Virus record (IMG/VR): IMGVR_UViG_3300017716_002757
Location: 1 to 35,545 of that record
Length of the DNA stretch: 35,545 nucleotides
Source of the DNA: a virus
Lineage: Duplodnaviria; Caudoviricetes
Direction: 5' to 3' (one strand)
The number at the start of each line of letters is the position of its first letter. Position 1 is the first letter of the stretch. This document shows positions 27,340 through 35,545 of the stretch, piece after piece. A program made the translations under genes and the position numbers. The notes beneath the pieces were generated by a model, which did not search any database, was not told the origin of the DNA, and saw only the letters and a program-made list of their open reading frames with translations.

Positions 27340-29147
27340 CTTACAATCAATTTAGATTTTTTATTTATACCTGATATCATGTTTTCTTGTATTTCATTAA
27401 ACGACAGAAGCGGTGACATTTCTTCAATTGGAGGAGAAAAAATTGTTCCGTCTATATTTTTGATGCCTTTTACTTTCGGTATGAAATCCTGTTCGGGATC
27501 CATAAATACTTCACATACGCTTGGACCAGAAGAAGTTAGAAAAGATTTGATTTTTGTTTCGTAATCTTCCCACGTTTTAATCGAAAAATAAGGAAAGTCA
27601 AACGATAAAGATAACTTTTCAAAGTTTGGTAGAGATAAACCGGTATCTGCATTTACACCATTATACGACCCATTAAATAACATTTTTTGAGTATGTTTAA
27701 TCATTAAGTATCCATCGTTATTGAATATAACAATTTTGATTGGTAAATTATGATGTTTTATTGTTTGTAATTCTTGCAAATTCATCATAATACCGCCATC
27801 ACAATTTAAACAAATGATATTCTTTTTAAGATCAACAAATGATGCACCAATTGCACCAGCTAATCCATACCCCATTTCTCCCAATCCGAGAGAAGTAAAC
27901 ATTATCTGATTTTCTTTTAATTTTATACTATAATGTCCACTTAATAATGCGGTGCCCATATCAGTAACAATAATATCATCATCATTTAATTCATCACTCA
28001 ATTTATCTATGAATTTATATGAATTAATATATATAGGATGATTGTGTTCTGGTAATAATTTTGGATATTTTTTACGCATCAATTTACAGTAATTAACCCA
28101 TTCAGTTTTAGAATCAATGTCACACTCCACATTTAACAAACCGTTTATCAGATATTTTGTATCTAAATTGATAATTGTAGTATTTTCTCTTAAATGTTTT
28201 AGAGATTCTTTTTTATCTATATCATTAATAATTAATTCCGCGTTTGGTGCAAAATCTTTTATATCATAACCTGTCTGAAGTAATGACAATCTACTGCCAA
28301 GTGTAATAACCAAATCGCTATTCTGAATTATAAAATTAGAACACCTTTCTCCGTGAATTCCGGATCTTCCAAAATTATTAGGATTCAATTCTGACAGTAA
28401 ATCTATCCCTGACCAAGTAAGTATTACTGGAATATTGAGTTTATCCATTAGAGATTCAAATTCTTTTTTTGAATCTGAAATTCTAATTCCATGACCGGCA
28501 ACGATAACGGGTCGCTTTGATGATTTGAGCTTGTCATAAATCAATTCAATTGATTTTTTGAGTTCGGAGTGAAGTCCATCAAATTGATTATTTTTTTCTA
28601 TATTATTCCAATTACGAACTGATATTTCCTTTGACTGTACATCAAAAGGAATATCTAACCAGACCGGACCAGGTCTTCCATTGATGCTTATGGTGAGAGA
28701 TCTTTCCAGTTCGTCTTGTATTTCATTTTCATCCAAAATAGTTTTTGAATATTTGGTTACCTTCTTTACCATTTCAGACGAATCAAATCCTTGAATACCA
28801 TACATTCTTAAATGTTTATGATTGATCATATATCTGACTTGTTCTTGACCAGATATGATTATACCAGGAACGGAATCGGCCCAATTACTTACTACTCCTG
28901 TGGTTGCATTTGAAGATCCTCCACCAGCGGTAACTAATGCAACGGACAACTTACCACTAACACGAAAATAAGCACCCATCGCCATGACAGCACTTTGCTC
29001 ATGATGTACATAAATAATTTTTGTGTATCCTAATTTATTTATAGAATCAAATATATAGGAATTTGCAGATCCTATTATACCAAATGCATATTTAATTTGA
29101 TTTTCTTCCAAAAATTCAGCAATTATATCACTAACTCTTTTATTCAT
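27336..29147 (-). CDS. ThDP-dependent acetolactate-synthase-like carboligase (YerE-like)
   Basis: HHEQSAVMA, GRPGPVWLDIPFDVQ, FAD-type middle domain (GHGIR, GSRL), GLGEMGYGL, CDGGIMMNLQEL...NNDGY; located in a sugar operon with no ilvH/ilvC nearby. Confidence 0.9.
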   Translation of the reverse strand: MNKRVSDIIAEFLEENQIKYAFGIIGSANSYIFDSINKLGYTKIIYVHHEQSAVMAMGAYFRVSGKLSVALVTAGGGSSNATTGVVSNWADSVPGIIISGQEQVRYMINHKHLRMYGIQGFDSSEMVKKVTKYSKTILDENEIQDELERSLTISINGRPGPVWLDIPFDVQSKEISVRNWNNIEKNNQFDGLHSELKKSIELIYDKLKSSKRPVIVAGHGIRISDSKKEFESLMDKLNIPVILTWSGIDLLSELNPNNFGRSGIHGERCSNFIIQNSDLVITLGSRLSLLQTGYDIKDFAPNAELIINDIDKKESLKHLRENTTIINLDTKYLINGLLNVECDIDSKTEWVNYCKLMRKKYPKLLPEHNHPIYINSYKFIDKLSDELNDDDIIVTDMGTALLSGHYSIKLKENQIMFTSLGLGEMGYGLAGAIGASFVDLKKNIICLNCDGGIMMNLQELQTIKHHNLPIKIVIFNNDGYLMIKHTQKMLFNGSYNGVNADTGLSLPNFEKLSLSFDFPYFSIKTWEDYETKIKSFLTSSGPSVCEVFMDPEQDFIPKVKGIKNIDGTIFSPPIEEMSPLLSFNEIQENMISGINKKSKLIVR

Positions 29148-29158
29148 AATTTTATAAC

Positions 29159-30469
29159 TTATTTATTTTTAATAAAGTTTTGAACTATTGTTTCAATATA
29201 ATCTAGTTGAATAGATGTAATTACCGGACTAGTACCAAGGAAGAATGTATCAGTTGTAATCTTTCTTGCATTTGGATATTTTGTAATTACTTCTTTTTTA
29301 TCAATCAATCCATCATATGCGGGTTGTAACATAATATTACCTGCAAAATATGGTCTAGTTTGAATTTTGTTTGATTCTAAATAATCAACGATATCTTTTC
29401 TTTTGAATTTGGAATTATCTTTGATTGTTATTGCAAACGCAAACCAACTAGGGTCAGATAAGTCTGTTGCTTTTGGTAGAATAAAAAACTCTTCATACGG
29501 TTTGAAAATATTTACAAGTCTTGCGTGATTTTCTTTTCTTCTACGATGAATTTCTGGTAATTTCTTCATTTGTTCAAGTCCGATGGATGCTTGTAGTTCA
29601 ATTGGTTTTAAATTATAACCAATTTCATCATACACATACTTATGGTCAAATACTTCATCTGGTAGTTCTGGTAACCAATTACTAAATCTATTGCCACAAC
29701 TACCATTTTTTAGTAGACCTGCTTTTTTACCAACACAATAACATCCTCGTCCCCATTCACGGAAACTACGAGTAACTATTTCTTGCATCTTAGTATTACA
29801 TGCAACAAATCCACCTTCGCCCATAGTCATATGATGTGCAGGGTAGAAACTGCAACTTGCTAGTTCTCCAAAACTACCAAGTGGTTTACCGTTATAAGTT
29901 GAACCAAGTGCATCACAACAGTCTTCTAATAGAATTAAATTGTATTGTTTAATTATTTCCATCAAGCGGTTCATATTTGGTGGATTGCCCAATACATGAG
30001 CAAATGTAATAATTTTTGCTCCTTTCTTTGCCATTTCTTCAACTTGATCTAAGTTTAGGTTCAATGTATCTAAATCAATATCAACAAACACGGGTTCAAA
30101 TCCAACTTGAAAAATAGGATTTAAAGTAGTAGGAAAACCTGCAATGGGGGTGATTACTTTGGTTCCTTTTGGTAGATTGTATAATCTTTTAGATGTCATT
30201 GCTAACATCATTAATAGATTTGAACTACTGCCACTATTAGTTAGTATACCATATTCTTTGTCAAATTGTTTTGGAAACAGAGTTTCAAAAGTTATCGCAT
30301 CTTGTCCTAATACTAACCATTCATTCAATAATGATTTTACTGCTGCTGTATATTCTTTATCATCAAAAAATGGACCTGCATATTGCACCCAATCTTTGCC
30401 AGCCTCCCATTTTTTAGATGCGTGTTTTTCTTTTATGAAATCTTCGACGTTTTTTAGAATATTAATCAT
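29159..30469 (-). CDS. rfbH: CDP-4-keto-6-deoxyglucose 3-dehydratase E1 (RfbH/DdhC/AscC)
   Basis: NSGSSSNL, GFPTTLNP, AHVLGNP, EDCCDALG, SFYPAHHMTMGEGG (His in place of Schiff-base Lys), WGRGCYC...CGNRF Fe-S ligands, DHKYVY..IGYNLK. Confidence 0.93.
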   Translation of the reverse strand: MINILKNVEDFIKEKHASKKWEAGKDWVQYAGPFFDDKEYTAAVKSLLNEWLVLGQDAITFETLFPKQFDKEYGILTNSGSSSNLLMMLAMTSKRLYNLPKGTKVITPIAGFPTTLNPIFQVGFEPVFVDIDLDTLNLNLDQVEEMAKKGAKIITFAHVLGNPPNMNRLMEIIKQYNLILLEDCCDALGSTYNGKPLGSFGELASCSFYPAHHMTMGEGGFVACNTKMQEIVTRSFREWGRGCYCVGKKAGLLKNGSCGNRFSNWLPELPDEVFDHKYVYDEIGYNLKPIELQASIGLEQMKKLPEIHRRRKENHARLVNIFKPYEEFFILPKATDLSDPSWFAFAITIKDNSKFKRKDIVDYLESNKIQTRPYFAGNIMLQPAYDGLIDKKEVITKYPNARKITTDTFFLGTSPVITSIQLDYIETIVQNFIKNK

Positions 30470-30477
30470 ATTAAATA

Positions 30478-30506
30478 ATACTACACTATAAGTTGTTTCT
30501 TGTCAA
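30478..30506 (-). promoter_or_regulatory. Sigma70-like promoter heading the rfbH block
   Basis: Minus strand: TTGACA (30506-30501)-N17-TAGTAT (30483-30478), 8 nt before the rfbH ATG. Confidence 0.75.
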
Positions 30507-30507
30507 T

Positions 30508-31317
30508 CTAATTAGTAAATACGTTCAGTTCGATCATTTTGCGGTAGACTCTTTTAACAAATTCTAAATAGTTTTTAGCTAATTCATAGTTTTTTTCTAT
30601 GATTTCCAGTCTATCTACATAATATTCTGGAGCCAATTGATTTAATTTAACGATACAATCATCGACATTTTCAAATTTTATTATACCATTTGGGTCAAAA
30701 AAATCATTTATATCTGAACATCCCCAATAAACAGGAATGGTTCTCATTAGAAAACAATCTAATATTTTTTCAGTAAACCACCCTTTATTAGAAAAGTTTT
30801 CTATACATATACCAAATGACGATTCGCCAAATACTTGTTCTTTACCAAGTCGTGCGTTTGGTATATCATTTCTATCTCCTATAGTATAATAAAAATCTTT
30901 TGGTATTTTTATTTCATTTTGTCTTGCAAGAAGTTCATGTCTCATATGATGACCATATGAAAGTTTTAATTTTCCCGACAAATGAGATACTCTGAATATT
31001 TTATCTCTATCAATATTATACTGTTCAGGCAAAAACCAAGAATCTCCAAATGAAATGTAATGTGCATTTGAACAATTATTTAATATTCTATAATTCCACG
31101 TTAAAATATATTGGAATGAATTTTTATTTTGAATTACCCAATCATGTAAACCAAAATATTCGTTTGGTTCATTAACAACAATTACATTAATTGGATTGAT
31201 TGATAATTCTTCATTATTTGGCTTTCTGTCCATGAATAATGATACATTTAAAATTATATGTTGTTTAAAAATGTTACGAACATACAATTCTTCTTGATGT
31301 GATATAAAAAAATTCAT
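30508..31317 (-). CDS. GT10-like (fucosyltransferase-like) glycosyltransferase (start refined to 31317)
   Basis: NEP, K...F.ICIENF...GWFTEKILDCF...TIPVYWG GT10 motif; ATGA-coupled to fcl. Confidence 0.8.
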   Translation of the reverse strand: MNFFISHQEELYVRNIFKQHIILNVSLFMDRKPNNEELSINPINVIVVNEPNEYFGLHDWVIQNKNSFQYILTWNYRILNNCSNAHYISFGDSWFLPEQYNIDRDKIFRVSHLSGKLKLSYGHHMRHELLARQNEIKIPKDFYYTIGDRNDIPNARLGKEQVFGESSFGICIENFSNKGWFTEKILDCFLMRTIPVYWGCSDINDFFDPNGIIKFENVDDCIVKLNQLAPEYYVDRLEIIEKNYELAKNYLEFVKRVYRKMIELNVFTN

Positions 31318-32243
31318 TTTAAATTTGAAATATACCAATTGTATGTAGTTTCAAGACCATCTTTTAAATTAGTGTTTGGTTTCCATCCTAATTCTTTAAT
31401 ATTTGTACTATCAATCAACTTTGAAATCGTACCATCTGGTTTATTGATGTCAAATTCAATTTCACCTTTGTATTCAACAACACCTGAAATAACGTTGAAT
31501 AATTCTTTCATTGTTACTTCATAACTTGAACCAACATTGATAAATTCTTTTTTATTATATGATTGCATTACCAAATATAAAGCCTCGCTCAAGTCATCCA
31601 CATATAAGAATTCTCTTCTTGCAATACCAGTTCCCCATACAGTAATTTTAGTATCATTTTTAAATTTAGCGTTATGAAACTTTGCAATCAATGCGGGTAT
31701 TACATGACACTTTTCCAAGTTAAAACAGTCATTTGGGCCATATAGATTACACGGCATTACGGATATAAAGTTACATCCATATTGGGTATAATAATATTCA
31801 CACATTTTTAATCCGACAATTTTGGCTAATGAATATGCTTCGTTGGTGGGTTCAAGTGGACCTGTTAATAACATATTTTCTTTAATGGGAATTGTATTTT
31901 CTTTTGGATAAATACAAGAACTTCCTAAAAATAATAGCTTTTTAACTTTATTAATATAACTTGCATGGATAACATTTGTTTGAATAGAGATATTATCATG
32001 TAGAAATTCTGCCGGATATGCTTTATTTGCACCAATCCCACCAACTTTAGCCGCAGATAGGAATACATAATCTGGTTTATTTACTTCAAACCAATGATTT
32101 ACCGATTGTTGATTTGTCAGATCCAATTCATTTTTTGGTGATGTCAAAATATTAGTATAACCTAATTTTTTAAGCAATCTTACGATAGACGATCCCACCA
32201 TTCCACGATGACCAGCAACAAAAATTTTATCTGAGATATTCAT
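31314..32243 (-). CDS. fcl: GDP-L-fucose synthase / GDP-colitose synthase (Fcl/WcaG/ColC)
   Basis: VAGHRGMVGS, AAKVGGI, LGSSCIYPK, LEPTNEAYSLAK, NLYGPND, HVIPAL, WGTG..RREF, KPDG. Confidence 0.95.
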   Translation of the reverse strand: MNISDKIFVAGHRGMVGSSIVRLLKKLGYTNILTSPKNELDLTNQQSVNHWFEVNKPDYVFLSAAKVGGIGANKAYPAEFLHDNISIQTNVIHASYINKVKKLLFLGSSCIYPKENTIPIKENMLLTGPLEPTNEAYSLAKIVGLKMCEYYYTQYGCNFISVMPCNLYGPNDCFNLEKCHVIPALIAKFHNAKFKNDTKITVWGTGIARREFLYVDDLSEALYLVMQSYNKKEFINVGSSYEVTMKELFNVISGVVEYKGEIEFDINKPDGTISKLIDSTNIKELGWKPNTNLKDGLETTYNWYISNLK

Positions 32244-33409
32244 ATATTTAATTTATTTATTTCTTCTACCAACAATTTTATTTTTTTAAGTGTCAACTTA
32301 GAATGCAATCCTACATAAAAACCATGTATGTCAACATATTCACTATTTTTAAATTTAGTATAATCATCAAATTGACTATAACATGTTTGTTTTAATAAAT
32401 TTCCTGAAATTATGGGTCTTGTTTCAATATTAGAATTTTTACAAAAATCTAACATAATCTTTTTATGTTCTGTATTTTTAAATACCAATGGAATCGAAAA
32501 TGCAACATCAGTTGAACCCTTGGTTCCTGTTGTTAGATGTACAATGTTTAAATTTACATTTGACTTGAAATAATTGAATAATTGGATTCTTTTATTTGTA
32601 GATGTTTCAATTCGTTTAAAGTCTTGTAATCCAATAAAAGCATGAATATCACTGTTTCTAAAATTATTACCCAATAGATAAAAATCAAATTGAGGATTAA
32701 CATTTTTATTTTCGTACTTTTCTTTTTCTTTCACACTTCGGGTCATTCCATGATTGCGATACATTAGAAAGTGTTCATACTCAGTATAATCATTTGTAAA
32801 AATGAATCCGCCTTCAACGCTCTGTAATTGGTGTCCAAAATATGTACTCGTCGTTGATGTGAAATACGAAGATACATTACGTCCATTATATTTGCCGTAT
32901 GTATTTTCACAATTATCCATCATTATTTTTACATTATATTTCTTACCAAGTTCTTTCAATTTGTCCATATCAACAGTGAAACCCAATAGACTTGTAATAA
33001 ATATACAAGCAGTTTTATTTGATTCGGTTTTTAGATATTCTTCTAATTTAAATAAATCCATGCAGAAATTATTCAATGAAATATCTATAAATTTTGGTTT
33101 AAATCCTTCACGTAAAAACGGACTAATAGATGTAGTCCATGTTGTAGAAGGAAATATAATAGTATTTTTTGTTGATGTATAGAAGTTATCTTTTAAATAA
33201 TATGATAAAATTGTATTTGCAGTAGATCCACTGGAAACAAATACTGAATACTTTGATCCAACATAATTAGCCATTTTATTTTCAAATTGTAATACATTTT
33301 TATTCATTGTCCAAAAACTATCAAATAAAACAAATTTACAAATTTTTAATTTATCAAGAAAATTAAAATTTGGTTCATTTAATTTCCAATTAAAATTTTT
33401 ATATTTCAT
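32240..33409 (-). CDS. PLP-dependent DegT-family enzyme, ColD-like GDP-4-keto-6-deoxymannose 3-dehydratase
   Basis: [34 protein letters not shown] (His at the catalytic Lys position), [20 protein letters not shown]; coupled to fcl/colC. Confidence 0.8.
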   Translation of the reverse strand: MKYKNFNWKLNEPNFNFLDKLKICKFVLFDSFWTMNKNVLQFENKMANYVGSKYSVFVSSGSTANTILSYYLKDNFYTSTKNTIIFPSTTWTTSISPFLREGFKPKFIDISLNNFCMDLFKLEEYLKTESNKTACIFITSLLGFTVDMDKLKELGKKYNVKIMMDNCENTYGKYNGRNVSSYFTSTTSTYFGHQLQSVEGGFIFTNDYTEYEHFLMYRNHGMTRSVKEKEKYENKNVNPQFDFYLLGNNFRNSDIHAFIGLQDFKRIETSTNKRIQLFNYFKSNVNLNIVHLTTGTKGSTDVAFSIPLVFKNTEHKKIMLDFCKNSNIETRPIISGNLLKQTCYSQFDDYTKFKNSEYVDIHGFYVGLHSKLTLKKIKLLVEEINKLNI

Positions 33410-33560
33410 ACTTTAAATCCTTTGTTTTCTTCTTGTGTAAACTGTTTGTTGTATCTAATGTTAGTATATTTGTATATCCTCTTTTATATAATTCTCTAAC
33501 TAGTGCCGATCCAACTAAACCTTTATGGTCTGCAACAAAAATTTTATCTGATATATTCAT
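33399..33560 (-). pseudogene. Chimeric remnant: 5' fragment of an fcl paralogue fused out of frame to the 3' fragment of a GT2 paralogue
   Basis: 33560-33459 reads [34 protein letters not shown] (intact Fcl: [34 protein letters not shown]). 33462-33406 in another frame reads [18 protein letters not shown] (ORF ending at 35174: [18 protein letters not shown]). Confidence 0.9.
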
Positions 33561-33561
33561 T

Positions 33562-34419
33562 TTATTTGTTTAAATTGTAAAAGTTTATAGTTTTTAAAAG
33601 TCCGTCTTCCAATGAAATTTTCGGATTCCATTTTGTAACCATTTTTATTTTTTCATTGTTTCCACACATATATTTAGGTTTTAAATTTTTGGTATTTAAA
33701 TTATCGTCAAATGTTAGATGTTTTTTATATTTTAGTAGTTTACAAATAGTCAAGATTATATCTTTAATTTTATATTGATTATTAGAACATATATTATATA
33801 TACCTTGAGATTTAGTTAAAATTAATTGTTCTATTGCATCTACAAAATCATCTATATACAAATAATCTATTACCGAATCACATTTATCAAAATGTAATTG
33901 TTTATTTGATACTATACTATCAATAACCTTTGGGATTAATCTGGTATTTACATCTCCTATTCCATATGTGTAAAACGGTCTTACCCAAATCCATTTTATA
34001 TTATTGTTTTCGCAAAATGTTTCCGAGTAATTTTTAAAAAACAATTTAGATAAACCATATAAATCTACAGGCACTTCAAGATCGTTCTCGGTAATTAAAG
34101 TGTTTTTATTTCCATATTCAAAAACAGTACCGAATCCGATAAATGTATGTTCTTTACTAATACATTTCAATATTTCCAATAGTTTAATACTATTCGGTAT
34201 ATTTTTATTATATTGATCTATATGATATGCATCTGAATAATTGTTTCCCCCATGCCATCCACAATGAATTGTAAAATCAGGATTAAATTTTAAGATTTCA
34301 GTCTTAATATCGGGAAAGTTTTCTCTATATGACAATTTGTATATATTATGATTTGGTTGTAATTTTTTTACTAAACTACTTCCTAAAAAACCATTTGCTC
34401 CTGTAATTAATAAATTCAT
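33562..34419 (-). CDS. NAD(P)-dependent NDP-sugar reductase/epimerase (extended SDR; dideoxyhexose-synthase-like)
   Basis: [43 protein letters not shown]. Confidence 0.88.
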   Translation of the reverse strand: MNLLITGANGFLGSSLVKKLQPNHNIYKLSYRENFPDIKTEILKFNPDFTIHCGWHGGNNYSDAYHIDQYNKNIPNSIKLLEILKCISKEHTFIGFGTVFEYGNKNTLITENDLEVPVDLYGLSKLFFKNYSETFCENNNIKWIWVRPFYTYGIGDVNTRLIPKVIDSIVSNKQLHFDKCDSVIDYLYIDDFVDAIEQLILTKSQGIYNICSNNQYKIKDIILTICKLLKYKKHLTFDDNLNTKNLKPKYMCGNNEKIKMVTKWNPKISLEDGLLKTINFYNLNK

Positions 34420-35177
34420 TCTATCTCTATATTATTATATCTACACCAGTTAATCATTCTTTCATATTTAGAATTCATTTCTGCCCTAAATCCGCAAAAA
34501 TGATATAAAATCTTATCACTTGTATATCTACGAAACGGGTCATCGGGTCTTATGAGTGTTTTGTCACAAAAATCATAATATTTTAAATCGGGTAATCTTT
34601 TAAATATCCAATAATTAAGTGAAGTTTGATCTAATATAGCATCGTGGAGTATTATATTGTGCAATTCTTTTCTAGAAATTCCATCTGGTATTGATGGATT
34701 TTTTAATTTTGGTTCTATTAATTTACGCATATCTGATAAAAACTGTGGATTTTTAAATCCAAAACTTCCTGCGCAAAAACCGTAATATTTTTTCATTTCA
34801 ATCTTTTCTTCTGGAGTTGCATATTGATAACAATAATAGTCTGAATCCGACATTAATGCATCTCTCGCTGAACATACCGACAAATTGGAATCATCACATA
34901 AATCTTCAAGTTTTCCAAAACATAGTATATCAGAATCAAGATAAAAATATTGATCATATCCGTTTGGCATAAGATCTGTATATTTCCAATTTGCTAATAT
35001 TTTACGATTGGGACTGTCTTCTACGATTATTGGAAATTGTGATTGTTCCGATTTTTTATTTGATACTATATAAAAGTCAAAGTTTGAATTGTTAATTGTT
35101 AACGATCTATATAGTAATTCTGTACAATTATAAGAATTCGGAGAAAAATCACAGGTTGTATAAACTAATGTTTTCAT
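34416..35177 (-). CDS. GT8-like glycosyltransferase
   Basis: YFYLDSDIL, FCAGSF, LDQTSLN, ILYHFCG. Confidence 0.75.
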   Translation of the reverse strand: MKTLVYTTCDFSPNSYNCTELLYRSLTINNSNFDFYIVSNKKSEQSQFPIIVEDSPNRKILANWKYTDLMPNGYDQYFYLDSDILCFGKLEDLCDDSNLSVCSARDALMSDSDYYCYQYATPEEKIEMKKYYGFCAGSFGFKNPQFLSDMRKLIEPKLKNPSIPDGISRKELHNIILHDAILDQTSLNYWIFKRLPDLKYYDFCDKTLIRPDDPFRRYTSDKILYHFCGFRAEMNSKYERMINWCRYNNIEIE

Positions 35178-35545
35178 ACTTTGAATCCTTTGTTTTCTTC
35201 TTCAGTAAATAATTTATTGTATTTTACATTCGTTTCAATTTGTTTTTCAATTGTTTTATTATGGTGTAAAGATAGTTCATATACGGAAGGTAAATAAACA
35301 TATGTCTTCGCACCTTCTACTTTTTCATGTAATCTACGTTCCCATCTCATATAATCAACATTGCGAAACAATCTGCCTTGTAAATCTGGAAAATTAACTA
35401 TAAACCTATCTTCATAAGGTGTCAATTTCCATCCCCATTGAGCGGAATTTTGATTATTGACACCTTTAAAATCATTTATACGGGGGATCCAGAATAAATC
35501 AATTGTCGGATTCAATTTAATTATTTCTTTTAATGATTCCAATAA
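35174..35545 (-). CDS. GT2-like glycosyltransferase, C-terminal part (5' end beyond the window)
   Basis: WIPRIN, NFPD.Q.RLFRN, W..RLHE, L.HNK are typical GT2 C-terminal motifs; frame is open to the window edge. Confidence 0.75.
   Translation of the reverse strand, partial: LLESLKEIIKLNPTIDLFWIPRINDFKGVNNQNSAQWGWKLTPYEDRFIVNFPDLQGRLFRNVDYMRWERRLHEKVEGAKTYVYLPSVYELSLHHNKTIEKQIETNVKYNKLFTEEENKGFKV

Noticed and set aside
27336-29147. ilvB for branched-chain amino-acid synthesis
   Set aside because: No regulatory subunit, ilvC or ilvD is present; adjacency to rfbH matches the YerE-type context.
236-33182. Numerous 60-160 aa antisense or nested ORFs in the track (e.g. 460-888, 3661-4134, 8134-8556, 30144-30491, 32802-33182)
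   Set aside because: They are shadows of well-supported genes on the opposite strand or frame and carry no recognisable motifs.
23260-34419. Similar 5' ends of the two SDR genes ([14 protein letters not shown] / [14 protein letters not shown]) as a recent duplication
   Set aside because: Similarity is confined to the universally conserved Rossmann motif; the remaining sequences diverge strongly.
1-35545. Stop-codon reassignment as seen in some jumbo phages
   Set aside because: Conserved genes are full length in the standard code, coding density is high, and TAA, TGA and TAG (30508) all terminate genes.
1-35545. tRNA genes, CRISPR arrays, IS elements, riboswitches
   Set aside because: Intergenic gaps are short and AT-rich, with no cloverleaf, repeat-spacer array, transposase or TPP-riboswitch-like motif seen by eye; a covariance-model search would be needed to exclude small RNAs.

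Overview
This window is a segment of a large, AT-rich, T4-like (jumbo-type) bacteriophage genome in the standard genetic code. The left half (1-18.0 kb, + strand) is a replication, recombination and nucleotide module: gp32-like SSB, UvsX, 5'-3' flap exonuclease, gp41-like helicase, class Ia NrdA/NrdB, gp62-like clamp-loader subunit and dNMP kinase. It is interspersed with accessory genes: a membrane-anchored PAS protein, a Mom-family DNA-modifying GNAT, a MoxR AAA+/VWA-zincin pair, a DNA methyltransferase, UvsE and small hypotheticals. The right half (18.7-35.5 kb, mostly - strand, tightly coupled ORFs) is a glycan and nucleotide-sugar island. The most striking element is a promoter-led block: rfbH/ddhC (C3-dehydratase), a YerE/acetolactate-synthase-like ThDP enzyme, dmpF, dmpG, an rmlB-like dehydratase, minimal E1alpha/E1beta and an SDR. 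I infer it builds higher C-branched deoxysugars. DmpFG run in reverse would supply 4-hydroxy-2-oxovalerate as a C4 donor, giving an erwiniose-type C10 sugar, and the E1 pair would add a C2 branch. The island also holds a colD-fcl-GT10 (colitose-like) cassette and an unannotated chimeric recombination scar (5' end of an fcl paralogue fused to the 3' end of a GT2 paralogue), direct evidence of cassette shuffling. Several near-consensus sigma70 promoters imply leaderless mRNAs. All functional calls come from motif recognition by eye; no database search was run.
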